Shown here piece by piece: positions 17,255-26,438 of a stretch of 45,364 bases of DNA. Numbering within the stretch: position 1 is the stretch's first letter; each line of letters opens with the position of its first letter. Origin of the DNA: a virus. Lineage: Duplodnaviria; Caudoviricetes. The notes beneath the pieces were generated by a model that had not been told where the DNA came from, made no database searches, and saw nothing but the letters and a program-made list of their open reading frames with translations. The position numbers and the translations under genes were made by a program. The stretch lies in IMG/VR virus record IMGVR_UViG_3300037522_000124, positions 1 to 45,364 of that record; one strand, 5' to 3'.

Positions 17255-17712
17255 TCTACGTTGCATCCAGTTGGCGGAATGCGAATCAACAGCGCGTTGT
17301 GGCTGAACTTCGCGCGGCCGGACATGATGTTTACGATTTCCAGGATCCCGCGCAAGGTAACTACGCGGCGTTTCACTGGAGTGAAATCGATTCAGGGTGG
17401 AAGCAATGGGAGCCGATGCAGTTCATCAAGGGCCTGGAAAGCAGCATTGCGCGGCAGGGATTTGCACTCGACTTTAACGCCATGCGAGCGGCCGACGTTT
17501 GCGTGTTGGTCCTGCCGTGCGGAAGATCGGCGCATCTGGAGGCCGGTTGGTTTGCCGGCAGACACAAAGAGTTGCATGTACTGGTTCCTGCCGATTATGG
17601 CGAACCAGAACTGATGTACCTCTTGGCCGGTGATCCGAAAACTCACATGCACACGTCCATGGAAAGCCTGTTGATCGCGCTGGCAGCCGACCGCAGAGAT
17701 GGCCTCTCATGA
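17251..17712 (+). CDS. Nucleoside 2-deoxyribosyltransferase-like protein
   Basis: IYVASSWRN...ADVCVLVLPCGRSAHLEAGW. Confidence 0.75.
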   Translation: MIYVASSWRNANQQRVVAELRAAGHDVYDFQDPAQGNYAAFHWSEIDSGWKQWEPMQFIKGLESSIARQGFALDFNAMRAADVCVLVLPCGRSAHLEAGWFAGRHKELHVLVPADYGEPELMYLLAGDPKTHMHTSMESLLIALAADRRDGLS

Positions 17713-17978
17713 AAGAAATCGGCGGGTTCGCATTTCCAGAAACCAAGGAAGAGGCAGATCAATGGCACGAAACGCAAAGCGTTCAACCGCTTCACCGTCG
17801 CGTGATGGCGTTCGCTCATACCCGCGTCGAAGGCGCTTGGGCTGCTTACATATTTCCCGTTCCAGGATTGAGGCATTCTGATGAATGGCTTTTTTGGATG
17901 AACGACGGCGAGAAACTGCCTGAGTGTATCGCCGTGGCGATATTCCCGCATTATGCCGGTGTTCCGTACGCGGGTTGA
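17709..17978 (+). CDS. Hypothetical protein
   Basis: 89-aa ORF with ATGA overlap on the previous gene. Confidence 0.65.
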   Translation: MKEIGGFAFPETKEEADQWHETQSVQPLHRRVMAFAHTRVEGAWAAYIFPVPGLRHSDEWLFWMNDGEKLPECIAVAIFPHYAGVPYAG

Positions 17979-18050
17979 GGACAATTACCGAAGTTGACAG
18001 CGGCCGGGAATTGGGTGAAAATGCCGGTTGACCGAAAGCTAAGGAGTCTC

Positions 18051-18332
18051 ATGGTGTTCGCTGAATTTCCCGCCGCTGGCTGGCTAGAATCGATCACTCA
18101 GATCGGCATTGTTGCGTCTCTGCTGCTGTTTTTCGTTTGGCAGTCATCGAAGGAAAAAGTCGCGATGAGCCAGCGGATTTCAACGATCGAGGACTACACG
18201 CGGAATGAACTGAGTATGCTGGCCAAGGATGGTGTGCTTGTGATCAATAACAGCAACCGGGCAATCAGCGACAACACGATCGCGATCGCGAAGCTGTGCG
18301 ACAAGATTGACGGGATGAGGAACCATCATTGA
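18051..18332 (+). CDS. Small membrane protein (holin/BhlA-like candidate)
   Basis: AAGGAG RBS; one TM segment (IGIVASLLLFFVW) followed by a coiled tail. Confidence 0.6.
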   Translation: MVFAEFPAAGWLESITQIGIVASLLLFFVWQSSKEKVAMSQRISTIEDYTRNELSMLAKDGVLVINNSNRAISDNTIAIAKLCDKIDGMRNHH

Positions 18333-18738
18333 AGAACAAAGTAGGCTTGTTGCCGTGCTGCATTGCATGCACCAGAAGCCCGGCCGTCTGAAGAATGGCT
18401 ACTCCAGCATGGGTTTATTTTCTACCGATCGCGTACAGTCGCCACGCGATCGACTGTGAAAAGGTCGCCGTGGCGAGAATGGGGTTGTTCCCGGCGTCAC
18501 GGCCAATGACGTCTAATGAAAAAATGTGCTTGGCCCGGTTCGCCAGAGCCGACGCCGTCTGATCTGGAACCCGATTGGCTGTTTTCTTACCAGTTTCCGG
18601 CCGATTGGTTCCGGGTTGGGCGGCGTCCAATAGGAGGATGTTAGATGCCCAACTTATCGGATTTCTCCGAATGCACGTATTTCTCGTGTCGATCGAAATC
18701 GGCACGTTGATCGGGAATCTCTTGATGGAGGCCACGCA

Positions 18739-19185
18739 ATGACCATTGATGACTCGGCGGGTATGCGGGAAGTCGCGGACAAGATTTCCCGGCACTTGGC
18801 GGAGAGGCGGAGCGGCCCGCTTAAGATCGATTGGACGATCTTTCTGACTCCGTTGATCGAAGCGCTTCCGGGAATTATTACCGGCCTCTTATCCGGCTGC
18901 ATGCCCGGCAGCGCGAAGGATCAGATAATGCAAGCGGCAATCAATCCTGGGACTAGGTCAAGGATGATTCGGAAGCTGGCGAAGGATCTGCAGAAGGTGC
19001 GGAAGCGGGAATACAAGGATCAGATCGACGTGCTGGAGAAGCAGAGCAGAGCCGAGCAAGACGACGGCGACATGTGGACGCGCGAGGCGACGAACGCGAT
19101 CGATGCGGCGATTGCGAACCAAGGCGAGTTCCACGGCCTGGCGGACGAGATTGACGGCTTTGGCGGTTTCGGCGGAACGATGTGA
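18739..19185 (+). CDS. Hypothetical protein with hydrophobic segment
   Basis: GGAGG RBS; IFLTPLIEALPGIITGLLSGC segment. Confidence 0.75.
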   Translation: MTIDDSAGMREVADKISRHLAERRSGPLKIDWTIFLTPLIEALPGIITGLLSGCMPGSAKDQIMQAAINPGTRSRMIRKLAKDLQKVRKREYKDQIDVLEKQSRAEQDDGDMWTREATNAIDAAIANQGEFHGLADEIDGFGGFGGTM

Positions 19186-19197
19186 CGAGGAGCAAGC

Positions 19198-20013
19198 ATG
19201 AGCGCAAGTGAACAGTGGACTGTTCCGGTCGATCGCGTGGCGGAAATCCTTCAGAAATATGGGTTTCTCGAAAAGGGCGCGCTCGGGTTGTTACCGCGCA
19301 TCGATCATGCGCTCAAGGACTTCCAGGAGTTCTGGCATCTGAAGCCTGACGGGATCGTTGGTCCGTACACCGGGCGGATGCTGACGGCCGAGCGGTTTTG
19401 TTCGTGCCCCGACCGCGTGGAACTGCCGGAAGGCGCGACCGCGAAATGGGGAATCCTGGATGTCACGTACTCGACTCACGCTTGGGGTCTGACGCAATTC
19501 AGCCGCACCGAAGTTGACGCGATTTATGACGAGGCGATGCGGCTGTGGAATGCCGAGTGCGGAATTCGGTTGACACGTGTGGCCGGAAACGGAAACATCT
19601 ACACGTCGGAATTCGTTGAAGGCCGCGGCGGGACACTGGCATGGAGTTATCTGCCTCCGCCTAATGCCGGCGCTGGAACGCGCCTGAAGCAGGGGTATGA
19701 CCGCGCCGAGAATTGGGTAAGGCAGCTTTTGCTTGCCGTTATAGCGCATGAGATTGGCCATGCCTTGGGTTTATCGCATGATTCCAGCAACTCGGCGTTG
19801 ATGTACCCGTACGCGAATTCGCGGATCTGGAAACCGCAGCCGCGCGACATCGCCCAGGTGGTTTCGCGATACGGGAAGCCGCTGGTGCCAGAGCCGCCTA
19901 AGCCTGAACCGCCTACAATTCCGGTTCCGCCGGCGCCTCCGACGGAAACGACATTTACCGGCGTCGTGTTCGTTGGTGATACTTCCAGGCGATTTACGAT
20001 CCAACTCGATTAG
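19198..20013 (+). CDS. Matrixin (M10A/MMP-like) zinc metalloprotease with PG-binding-like prodomain
   Basis: ALKDFQEFWHLKPDGIVG...RFCSCPD, HEIGHALGLSH, Met-turn ALMYP, Pro-rich tail. Confidence 0.9.
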   Translation: MSASEQWTVPVDRVAEILQKYGFLEKGALGLLPRIDHALKDFQEFWHLKPDGIVGPYTGRMLTAERFCSCPDRVELPEGATAKWGILDVTYSTHAWGLTQFSRTEVDAIYDEAMRLWNAECGIRLTRVAGNGNIYTSEFVEGRGGTLAWSYLPPPNAGAGTRLKQGYDRAENWVRQLLLAVIAHEIGHALGLSHDSSNSALMYPYANSRIWKPQPRDIAQVVSRYGKPLVPEPPKPEPPTIPVPPAPPTETTFTGVVFVGDTSRRFTIQLD

Positions 20014-20020
20014 GTGCAAA

Positions 20021-20239
20021 ATGACCACATGGAAATTCTGGGGTGATGCCTTGGAGCGGGCCGCGAAAACGGCGGCGCAGACTGCGGCATCAATGCTCAC
20101 GCTTGACGGAATTTCGCCGTATGACGTGGACTGGCGCTTAATCGGTTGCACGTCTGGGATTTCGTTTGTTTACTCACTTCTTTCTTCCGTGGCGTCCACC
20201 CGAATAGGCGGCAATGCGTCGCCGAGTCTCATGGAGTAG
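20021..20239 (+). CDS. r1t-type phage holin
   Basis: FW.DALERAAKTAAQTA...VDW...SLLSSVAS...SPSL pattern. Confidence 0.85.
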   Translation: MTTWKFWGDALERAAKTAAQTAASMLTLDGISPYDVDWRLIGCTSGISFVYSLLSSVASTRIGGNASPSLME

Positions 20240-20242
20240 CGA

Positions 20243-21079
20243 ATGACAGTAGCAACAGCTTCGGAGAAATCCGCATCACGTCCGCTGAAGTGGCATGGCG
20301 GCAAGACATATCTCGCGCCATGGATTCTGTCGCATTTCCCAGATCACGTGCATTATGTGGAAACGCACTTCGGCGGCGGCGCTGTGTTCTTCGCGAAGCC
20401 TCTCCAGATGATCGAAGGGCATTCCGAGGTCGTCAACGATGTGCACGGCGAGCTTATGAATTTTTGGGCTGTGCTGGCCGAAGTGAATGAGTTCCAAGAA
20501 TTTCATCGGATTGTCACCGCTATGCCTTTGTCTGTCGATCTTTTTGAGGTCTCGCGCATTCTTTATTCAGGTAATGCGGAGCGTGCCTTAGCGTTTTTCG
20601 TTCGCTATCGCCAGTCACGGCAGGGGCTTGGAAAAGACTTCGCCACCCTGTCAAAGAACCGTACGCGGCGGGGAATGAACGAACAGGTTTCAAGCTGGTT
20701 GTCGGCAATTGACGGTTTGCCCGAAGCGCATTCGAGATTGATCCGCGTTGCTGTTCTGAATTACGATGCCGTTAAAGTTATCAAACGGGAGGATTCATCC
20801 AACACATTGTTCTACTGCGATCCGCCTTACTTGCATGCGACGCGCGTAACAACCGACGACTATGAACACGAGATGACGGAGGATGATCATCGCGAGTTGC
20901 TGGAGACGCTCAGCGGTATCCAGGGCCGGTTCATTCTGTCGGGTTATCATTCACCGCTCTATGATGATTTCGCCAAGCGATGCGGTTGGCGACTGGCCGA
21001 AAAAGTCATCGACAACAAGGCGTCCAGCAAGAAGGTGAAAGATACTCGCGTGGAGTGTCTGTGGATGAACTTTTGCTGA
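20243..21079 (+). CDS. dam: DNA adenine methyltransferase (Dam/D12 class)
   Basis: PLKWHGGK, YVETHFGGGAV, EVVND and FYCDPPY motifs. Confidence 0.92.
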   Translation: MTVATASEKSASRPLKWHGGKTYLAPWILSHFPDHVHYVETHFGGGAVFFAKPLQMIEGHSEVVNDVHGELMNFWAVLAEVNEFQEFHRIVTAMPLSVDLFEVSRILYSGNAERALAFFVRYRQSRQGLGKDFATLSKNRTRRGMNEQVSSWLSAIDGLPEAHSRLIRVAVLNYDAVKVIKREDSSNTLFYCDPPYLHATRVTTDDYEHEMTEDDHRELLETLSGIQGRFILSGYHSPLYDDFAKRCGWRLAEKVIDNKASSKKVKDTRVECLWMNFC

Positions 21080-21093
21080 TTTAGGCAAAAACC

Positions 21094-21780
21094 ATGAAAA
21101 TGATTTTCGTTTTTCCTTTGCTGTTCGGCACCGCCGGCGCGGGCGAGATTGAAGGACCGGCAACGGTCGAGCCGGGAACCACGGTGATTCTCCGTCACGC
21201 TAAGCAGCCTGGGACCGGGTATCTCTGGACTGCCGGAGACACTCCGGTCTTTGTGTTCGATGAGGCCACGGAATCGGGCGGCAACACCGTGTGCGTGCTT
21301 GGCGTCAGCCGCGCGGGACGGTATCAAATACAGCTTATTGAGTCTTCATGCGCGGAAGGAGTTCCGGTCCCGACCATCAGGATGATAGTGCACGACGTTT
21401 TGATCGGCGACGTCGCACCGGGGCCGGACCCTTCTCCCGTTCCAACTCCAGTTCCGATTCCACCGGCTGTTGACACCATCGCGAACGCCGTTCGAGACAT
21501 GGCGCGGTTGAACGGCGACAAGTTTAATTCCGCCGTTCTGTCCACGGCGTTCAGCGTTGTCGCTCAGAGAAACCTGACGACACCAGCGGAGTACAGATCC
21601 GCGACGGAATCACTTGTCACGTCGGCCATTGCCGGAAAAAAGGCGAAGTGGGAGCCATTTCTGAACGGTTTGGATGTGTTGCTGGAATCGCTCAAGGCAT
21701 CCGGCAAGCTGGTGACCGCTGAGCAGCACAAGGATGTTTGGAACCGAATATCCACCGGGCTATGGGAGGCGGGAAAATGA
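21094..21780 (+). CDS. Exported hypothetical protein
   Basis: Short signal-like N-terminus, beta-rich domain, Pro-rich linker, helical C-terminal domain. Confidence 0.75.
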   Translation: MKMIFVFPLLFGTAGAGEIEGPATVEPGTTVILRHAKQPGTGYLWTAGDTPVFVFDEATESGGNTVCVLGVSRAGRYQIQLIESSCAEGVPVPTIRMIVHDVLIGDVAPGPDPSPVPTPVPIPPAVDTIANAVRDMARLNGDKFNSAVLSTAFSVVAQRNLTTPAEYRSATESLVTSAIAGKKAKWEPFLNGLDVLLESLKASGKLVTAEQHKDVWNRISTGLWEAGK

Positions 21781-22493
21781 AACGGCGGACATTCCTAGCT
21801 TCGGCGGCCGGCCTATTCCTGCCGGCAGTTGGCAAGGCTGGTGAATTCTATTTCGGAGGTGCGGCCAGTAGTGATCCGGTCGGCAAAGGGGAATACTACT
21901 TCGGCGGCGGCGTAGCCGCTGAAGGCAATCGGGACACGCCCCTTGCCGACCGGATCGTTTACATCGGCTCACCCGGCTGCGGTCCGTGCGAGCGCGTGAA
22001 GCGGGAGACGTTTCCCGAACTGGTCAAAGCGGGCTGGTTAATCGGGCCGGAGCCGTGGAACCACATCCAGATCGACGATGGGAAGGATTCCCATGACGCG
22101 GTCTACAACGTCGATTCTGGCATTCCGGCGTTCATCCTGCTGTACAACGAGAAAGAAGCAAAAAGGCGAGTCGGCTTCGTGGGTTCCGAAGACTTGGCGG
22201 AGTGGTACAACGATCACGTCACGTCTCGAAAGGTCAAGAAGCCCAAGGTCTACGAAAGCAGCGGCAACGCTTTTCGTAATACTTCCAGCGATACGCCACG
22301 TTGGACATTTTCCGGGAGAAATCTTGCTGCTCACTTGATGTCCGCGCATCGATACACATCACGGGAAGTCACCGGAAGATCGTGGGATCAACTTATCCGT
22401 TTGCACAGCCGGGCGCACAACACGCCCGGAGCGGGGTATAATCCAAGCCGGCGCGTGGCGGCTCGATCTTCGGCCGCGTGTCCGACGGGCTGA
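21777..22493 (+). CDS. Tat-exported thioredoxin-like protein
   Basis: KRRTFL twin-arginine signal, CGPC active site, GIPAF cis-Pro motif, His-rich C-terminal motif. Confidence 0.8.
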   Translation: MKRRTFLASAAGLFLPAVGKAGEFYFGGAASSDPVGKGEYYFGGGVAAEGNRDTPLADRIVYIGSPGCGPCERVKRETFPELVKAGWLIGPEPWNHIQIDDGKDSHDAVYNVDSGIPAFILLYNEKEAKRRVGFVGSEDLAEWYNDHVTSRKVKKPKVYESSGNAFRNTSSDTPRWTFSGRNLAAHLMSAHRYTSREVTGRSWDQLIRLHSRAHNTPGAGYNPSRRVAARSSAACPTG

Positions 22494-22525
22494 CCATAGG
22501 CGCACACAATCGGAGTTTCCGGTTC

Positions 22526-22894
22526 ATGATCAATCCTCAAGGCTTCGGAAAGCTGGATGTCACGTTCGCGGTCGCAACGGAACTGCGGCCTGTCCGGGAC
22601 GATTGGTCCGATCTAATCCAGCTAGCGGCGTGGAGCACGCTCGATTTCTGGGATACGAATACGTTGCCGACCACGTCTTCCAATGCCGCGATCAGAGCGG
22701 CTTGCCGCGAGCACGTGCAAAGGCTGATGGAAGTCAGGAGGCCGGGATTATTCAAGAATCCCATCGCGTATATTACTTGGCCGTGGCGCATGAACGCGAT
22801 GGTTCGGGACGTCGTGCACGAGTTATATTTCTGGTTAGAGTCACGCCGGTCCCTTGAATGGAGACAGGCACAATTGAAAGGCCGATTAAAATGA
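22526..22894 (+). CDS. Hypothetical protein
   Basis: ORF filling the gap, with ATGA overlap to the next gene. Confidence 0.6.
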   Translation: MINPQGFGKLDVTFAVATELRPVRDDWSDLIQLAAWSTLDFWDTNTLPTTSSNAAIRAACREHVQRLMEVRRPGLFKNPIAYITWPWRMNAMVRDVVHELYFWLESRRSLEWRQAQLKGRLK

Positions 22895-25800
22895 GTCATG
22901 TTGAAGAACTGAAATCGTTGCTTACGCTGCGGAGCGAACAAAGCAATGGAACGATCAGCACCCTCGTGAACGAAATTGTTTGGTCGAACTACAAAGACGG
23001 AGAAGTGATCAAGGAAATTGTCGTCAGTCATGTGAATTCGTTCACGACATCGATGATTATGGCTGGATTGGCGGTAAATGCACTGAATGAGATGGAGCCG
23101 ATTGCTCCGCCTGATGATTTCCCGACGCTTTCCATCACGTCGCCACGCGCGGGAACGGCGATTCATTCTCATGCCGGTGAAAATCACACGGCGACCTACG
23201 CGGTCACCGGCAACGCGCCCCGCTTGATTTGGCAGCGGGTGCTATCGTTTGACGAATCTCCGTACTCAGTGGCCATCGACGGCAGTGGTTCATTTATCAT
23301 TCCCGGTTCGCTGCTCTACGACGGCAAAAACACGTTCCGATTCTGGCTGACCGATGACGGTATGGACGATATGCCGATACCGGGGACATTGGTCGAGGTT
23401 GAGACATCCGTGCATTCACCCAATCCCGTGCCGACCGGTGGAATCGTTCCCGTCCCGTCGCCTGCTCCAAGTCCCGACAGCGGCCCGGACGCGGATTTCA
23501 TTCGGACGCATGGCGAGAGCATCCCGAATTTCGGGAAGAATTATTCGGTGTGTTCGGTTAAAGATGGCCTTTGGTCGGATGAGGGAACGTGGAGCACCGA
23601 TGTTCCTATTGCCGGAGACATCGTTCGCATTAAGCACAAGGTCGGATATGACATATCGTCAACCGTGAAAATTGACACCATCGGCATCGAGGGGACGTTG
23701 GAATTCGAGAACGGGACTGAATTGGATTTCACGAACATCCTCGTGTACGAGGGTGGATCGATACAATTCGGAACGCCAACTGAACGGGCCAAAGAGATTG
23801 AGCTCTGGTTCAACGACGTGCCTGTATCCGACCCCGAACAATTCAGTAACGGCATTCTAGTGTGGGGCGCGTGGAAACCTTATGGCGCAAAGAGAAGGCG
23901 ATTTGTCCAAGTCGCGAAGGAACCCAAAGCGGGCGATACGGCGATTTGGCTTGCGGCCTATCCTATTGGCTGGCAACCTGGAGACAGGCTTGTCATTTCC
24001 GACACGCGAGTTCCTTTTGTTTCAAAGGATAAAAAATACCAGAAGACTCCAGGCAACAAGTGGGAAGGCGCGATTATTGATTCGCAGACCGAATTCATGA
24101 CGATTGCAAGTATCTTGGGCAATGTGCTCACTCTCGCCGAACCGCTCAAACATGATCATTTGGGCAGCTACGAACCCGATGGTTCGCCGACGGTGCTCGA
24201 CGACGGCACGCTGTTCCTGCCGCATGTTGGAAATATGACCAATGAGATCACGATTCAATCATCCGGCCAGACTCGCGGGCACATCATGTTCTTGAATCGT
24301 GCTGAAGTCGATCAAGAGGGCGTGACACTGAAGAATCTTGGCAGGACGAATATCCTTAGCGGAATCGACAATACGATCACTGAGCATCGAGTTTTATTCA
24401 ACGAGCCTTTCGCCGACATTGAGGCTGGGCAAGTCGTTACGCTGGAATCAGCGGCGGGCGAAGTCCGTGACCCGGACAATCGGGGCGAAGCCAGGAATCT
24501 ATGGTACGCGGAACTGGCGCACGGCGTGATCGAGGTTTACATCAACGACATTAGGGGTGGCCCTTTGGGCCGGAAGTTGGATACGTCGGAACTGTCCCGG
24601 CGGATCAAAAGCATTGGGACGAATCAGATCGGCAGATACCCGGTTCATTTTCATCACCTTGCCGGGCCGGTTAATCCGAGAAACACCGGCTGGCAATTTT
24701 GTTCGTTAGGCTGTGTTGTCGAGGGTTCGCCGAAGTGGGGATTCGTAGGGCATCATTCGCACTTTGGTTTGCTTGGTAATAATTTGGCCGTCGGCTGCGA
24801 AGGCGCGGGCTTCGCGCTGGAGAGCGGTGCGGAAACCGGGAACGATATTATCAACAACATGTCTGTCGGCTCGCTGGGCACTGGATTGCCAAGCCGCCAG
24901 AAATTGACTCCGAGCTATGGAGGCGATTGGGTAGGCCACGAGGGTACTGGATTTTGGCTCGGCGGTGAAAACAATAATGTTGTCGGAAACGTCTCATGCG
25001 GACATCGGATGTCCGGCTACAATATGACGTTGCTGCCCATTTCGCACCCGAAGCTTTGCCTCTGGAACCGCATCGCGAAGTATCCGCTGGTTCGTGGCGC
25101 GGACATGCACGATGGAAGCGGCCAGTACACGACCAATCCGTACGATCCGGCGTTGCCGCGATTTAACACATTCAAAGGCAACACGGTTTACGGCACAGCG
25201 AAATTCGGCATGGAGCTTTGGTTCAAACGAACGTTCACGGAACTCTTTGGCTTACACGGCTGGAACATCCTGACTGGAATTACCTACGGCTACCAGGCGC
25301 TGAAATTCACCGAAAACGGTACGGTGCTTCGCGGTTACATGCCGATGATCGACCGCGTTGACCACCAAGGCAATCCGCTTTCGGCCGGCTTGGATTTTTT
25401 GGGGAAGTCGGCGATCGATGTGACGAACCTGGATATTCGCGGTTTTGCGGTCGGCGTTATCGGCCAGCCAAGCCGCGGCGGCTTCGATGTGTCGGATTCC
25501 ACGATCCAGGCACACAGGGGCGTTGTTATTGTTCCTACGGGGCAGTCGGAACCGATTCCGGTCAATCTCATTGGCATGGAATTCATTCCGATGCCGGAAG
25601 GGGAATCTATCCCAGTTTCGTTCACGCCTCATTTCTACGAGTCCTCCGGCGGCGACATAATGAGTCCTCGTATCTTTACGTTGACATTGAAGGGTGGCGA
25701 AGAGTATGAGCTATTTTCGGAAGACCAGGCGCCGGATCACGTCATCGGCAAGGTCGATCCAGCGGGCAAGAGTGGCACGCTTGAAGCGGGATTGACGAAT

Positions 25801-25905
25801 CTGGAGTCTTTGCACAAATATGGGATCGCGTACGGCGGCAAGGTGGCGACATGCGCCGTGAGCGCATTGCCGATTGAAAATGGTTTAGCCTGTTTGAAGG
25901 GATAA
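22891..25905 (+). CDS. G8-domain / parallel beta-helix protein (CEMIP/TMEM2-like architecture; possible depolymerase or tailspike)
   Basis: SVKDGLWSDEGTW..VP.AGD.V.I G8 start, GWQPGDRLVI, GRYPVHFH, beta-helix repeats. Confidence 0.8.
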   Translation: MSHVEELKSLLTLRSEQSNGTISTLVNEIVWSNYKDGEVIKEIVVSHVNSFTTSMIMAGLAVNALNEMEPIAPPDDFPTLSITSPRAGTAIHSHAGENHTATYAVTGNAPRLIWQRVLSFDESPYSVAIDGSGSFIIPGSLLYDGKNTFRFWLTDDGMDDMPIPGTLVEVETSVHSPNPVPTGGIVPVPSPAPSPDSGPDADFIRTHGESIPNFGKNYSVCSVKDGLWSDEGTWSTDVPIAGDIVRIKHKVGYDISSTVKIDTIGIEGTLEFENGTELDFTNILVYEGGSIQFGTPTERAKEIELWFNDVPVSDPEQFSNGILVWGAWKPYGAKRRRFVQVAKEPKAGDTAIWLAAYPIGWQPGDRLVISDTRVPFVSKDKKYQKTPGNKWEGAIIDSQTEFMTIASILGNVLTLAEPLKHDHLGSYEPDGSPTVLDDGTLFLPHVGNMTNEITIQSSGQTRGHIMFLNRAEVDQEGVTLKNLGRTNILSGIDNTITEHRVLFNEPFADIEAGQVVTLESAAGEVRDPDNRGEARNLWYAELAHGVIEVYINDIRGGPLGRKLDTSELSRRIKSIGTNQIGRYPVHFHHLAGPVNPRNTGWQFCSLGCVVEGSPKWGFVGHHSHFGLLGNNLAVGCEGAGFALESGAETGNDIINNMSVGSLGTGLPSRQKLTPSYGGDWVGHEGTGFWLGGENNNVVGNVSCGHRMSGYNMTLLPISHPKLCLWNRIAKYPLVRGADMHDGSGQYTTNPYDPALPRFNTFKGNTVYGTAKFGMELWFKRTFTELFGLHGWNILTGITYGYQALKFTENGTVLRGYMPMIDRVDHQGNPLSAGLDFLGKSAIDVTNLDIRGFAVGVIGQPSRGGFDVSDSTIQAHRGVVIVPTGQSEPIPVNLIGMEFIPMPEGESIPVSFTPHFYESSGGDIMSPRIFTLTLKGGEEYELFSEDQAPDHVIGKVDPAGKSGTLEAGLTNLESLHKYGIAYGGKVATCAVSALPIENGLACLKG

Positions 25906-26009
25906 TAATCCATTGATTCGGTTTGCGTTGGAAAGGACTGGGGATTCACTTTAGTTTGTATTTCTAAACCAAATGAGTAAAACACCAAACAAGTGAGGAG
26001 ATTCAAGCA

Positions 26010-26246
26010 ATGAACGATGCGGTAGAAACAGTCGAAGCATTCCCATTACCAGTTCATCCGGCAATTGCGTCTTTGCTGGGATTTTTTTCCTATGAGCATC
26101 TGCCGGGGCACCTGCAAGAAATATCAAGGCCGTTTTGCGAACTGGCAACCCAGGTAGCCAACCGAAATCCCCAAAGTGCGGAAACGACGGTTGCAATCCG
26201 AAAACTCCTGGAGGCAAAAGATTGTGCCGTGAGAGCCGGTTTATGA
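26010..26246 (+). CDS. Small conserved phage helical-hairpin protein
   Basis: FFSYEHLP..LQEISRPF...SAETTVAIRKLLEAKDCAVRA; GAGGAG RBS. Confidence 0.85.
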   Translation: MNDAVETVEAFPLPVHPAIASLLGFFSYEHLPGHLQEISRPFCELATQVANRNPQSAETTVAIRKLLEAKDCAVRAGL

Positions 26247-26438
26247 ACTCCGGAAATTACCGTCAAAGGAGTAACACAGAATGGCTTTTCCCGCGTCTTT
26301 AGGCGTACCCGCAAGTTTGGCACAAGCAAAAGATTGCGTCGTGACCGTTGCCGTGGCTTATGCTGTCACCGACGTGGCTTTTTGCGGATTCATCAACTGT
26401 GTGGTGGCGGACTCCACCGCTGTTAAGGAGGTAAAATC

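Noticed and set aside
17994-18022. Late promoter TTGACA-17-GAAAAT
   Set aside because: Plausible position but weak -10; not enough support to list as a feature.
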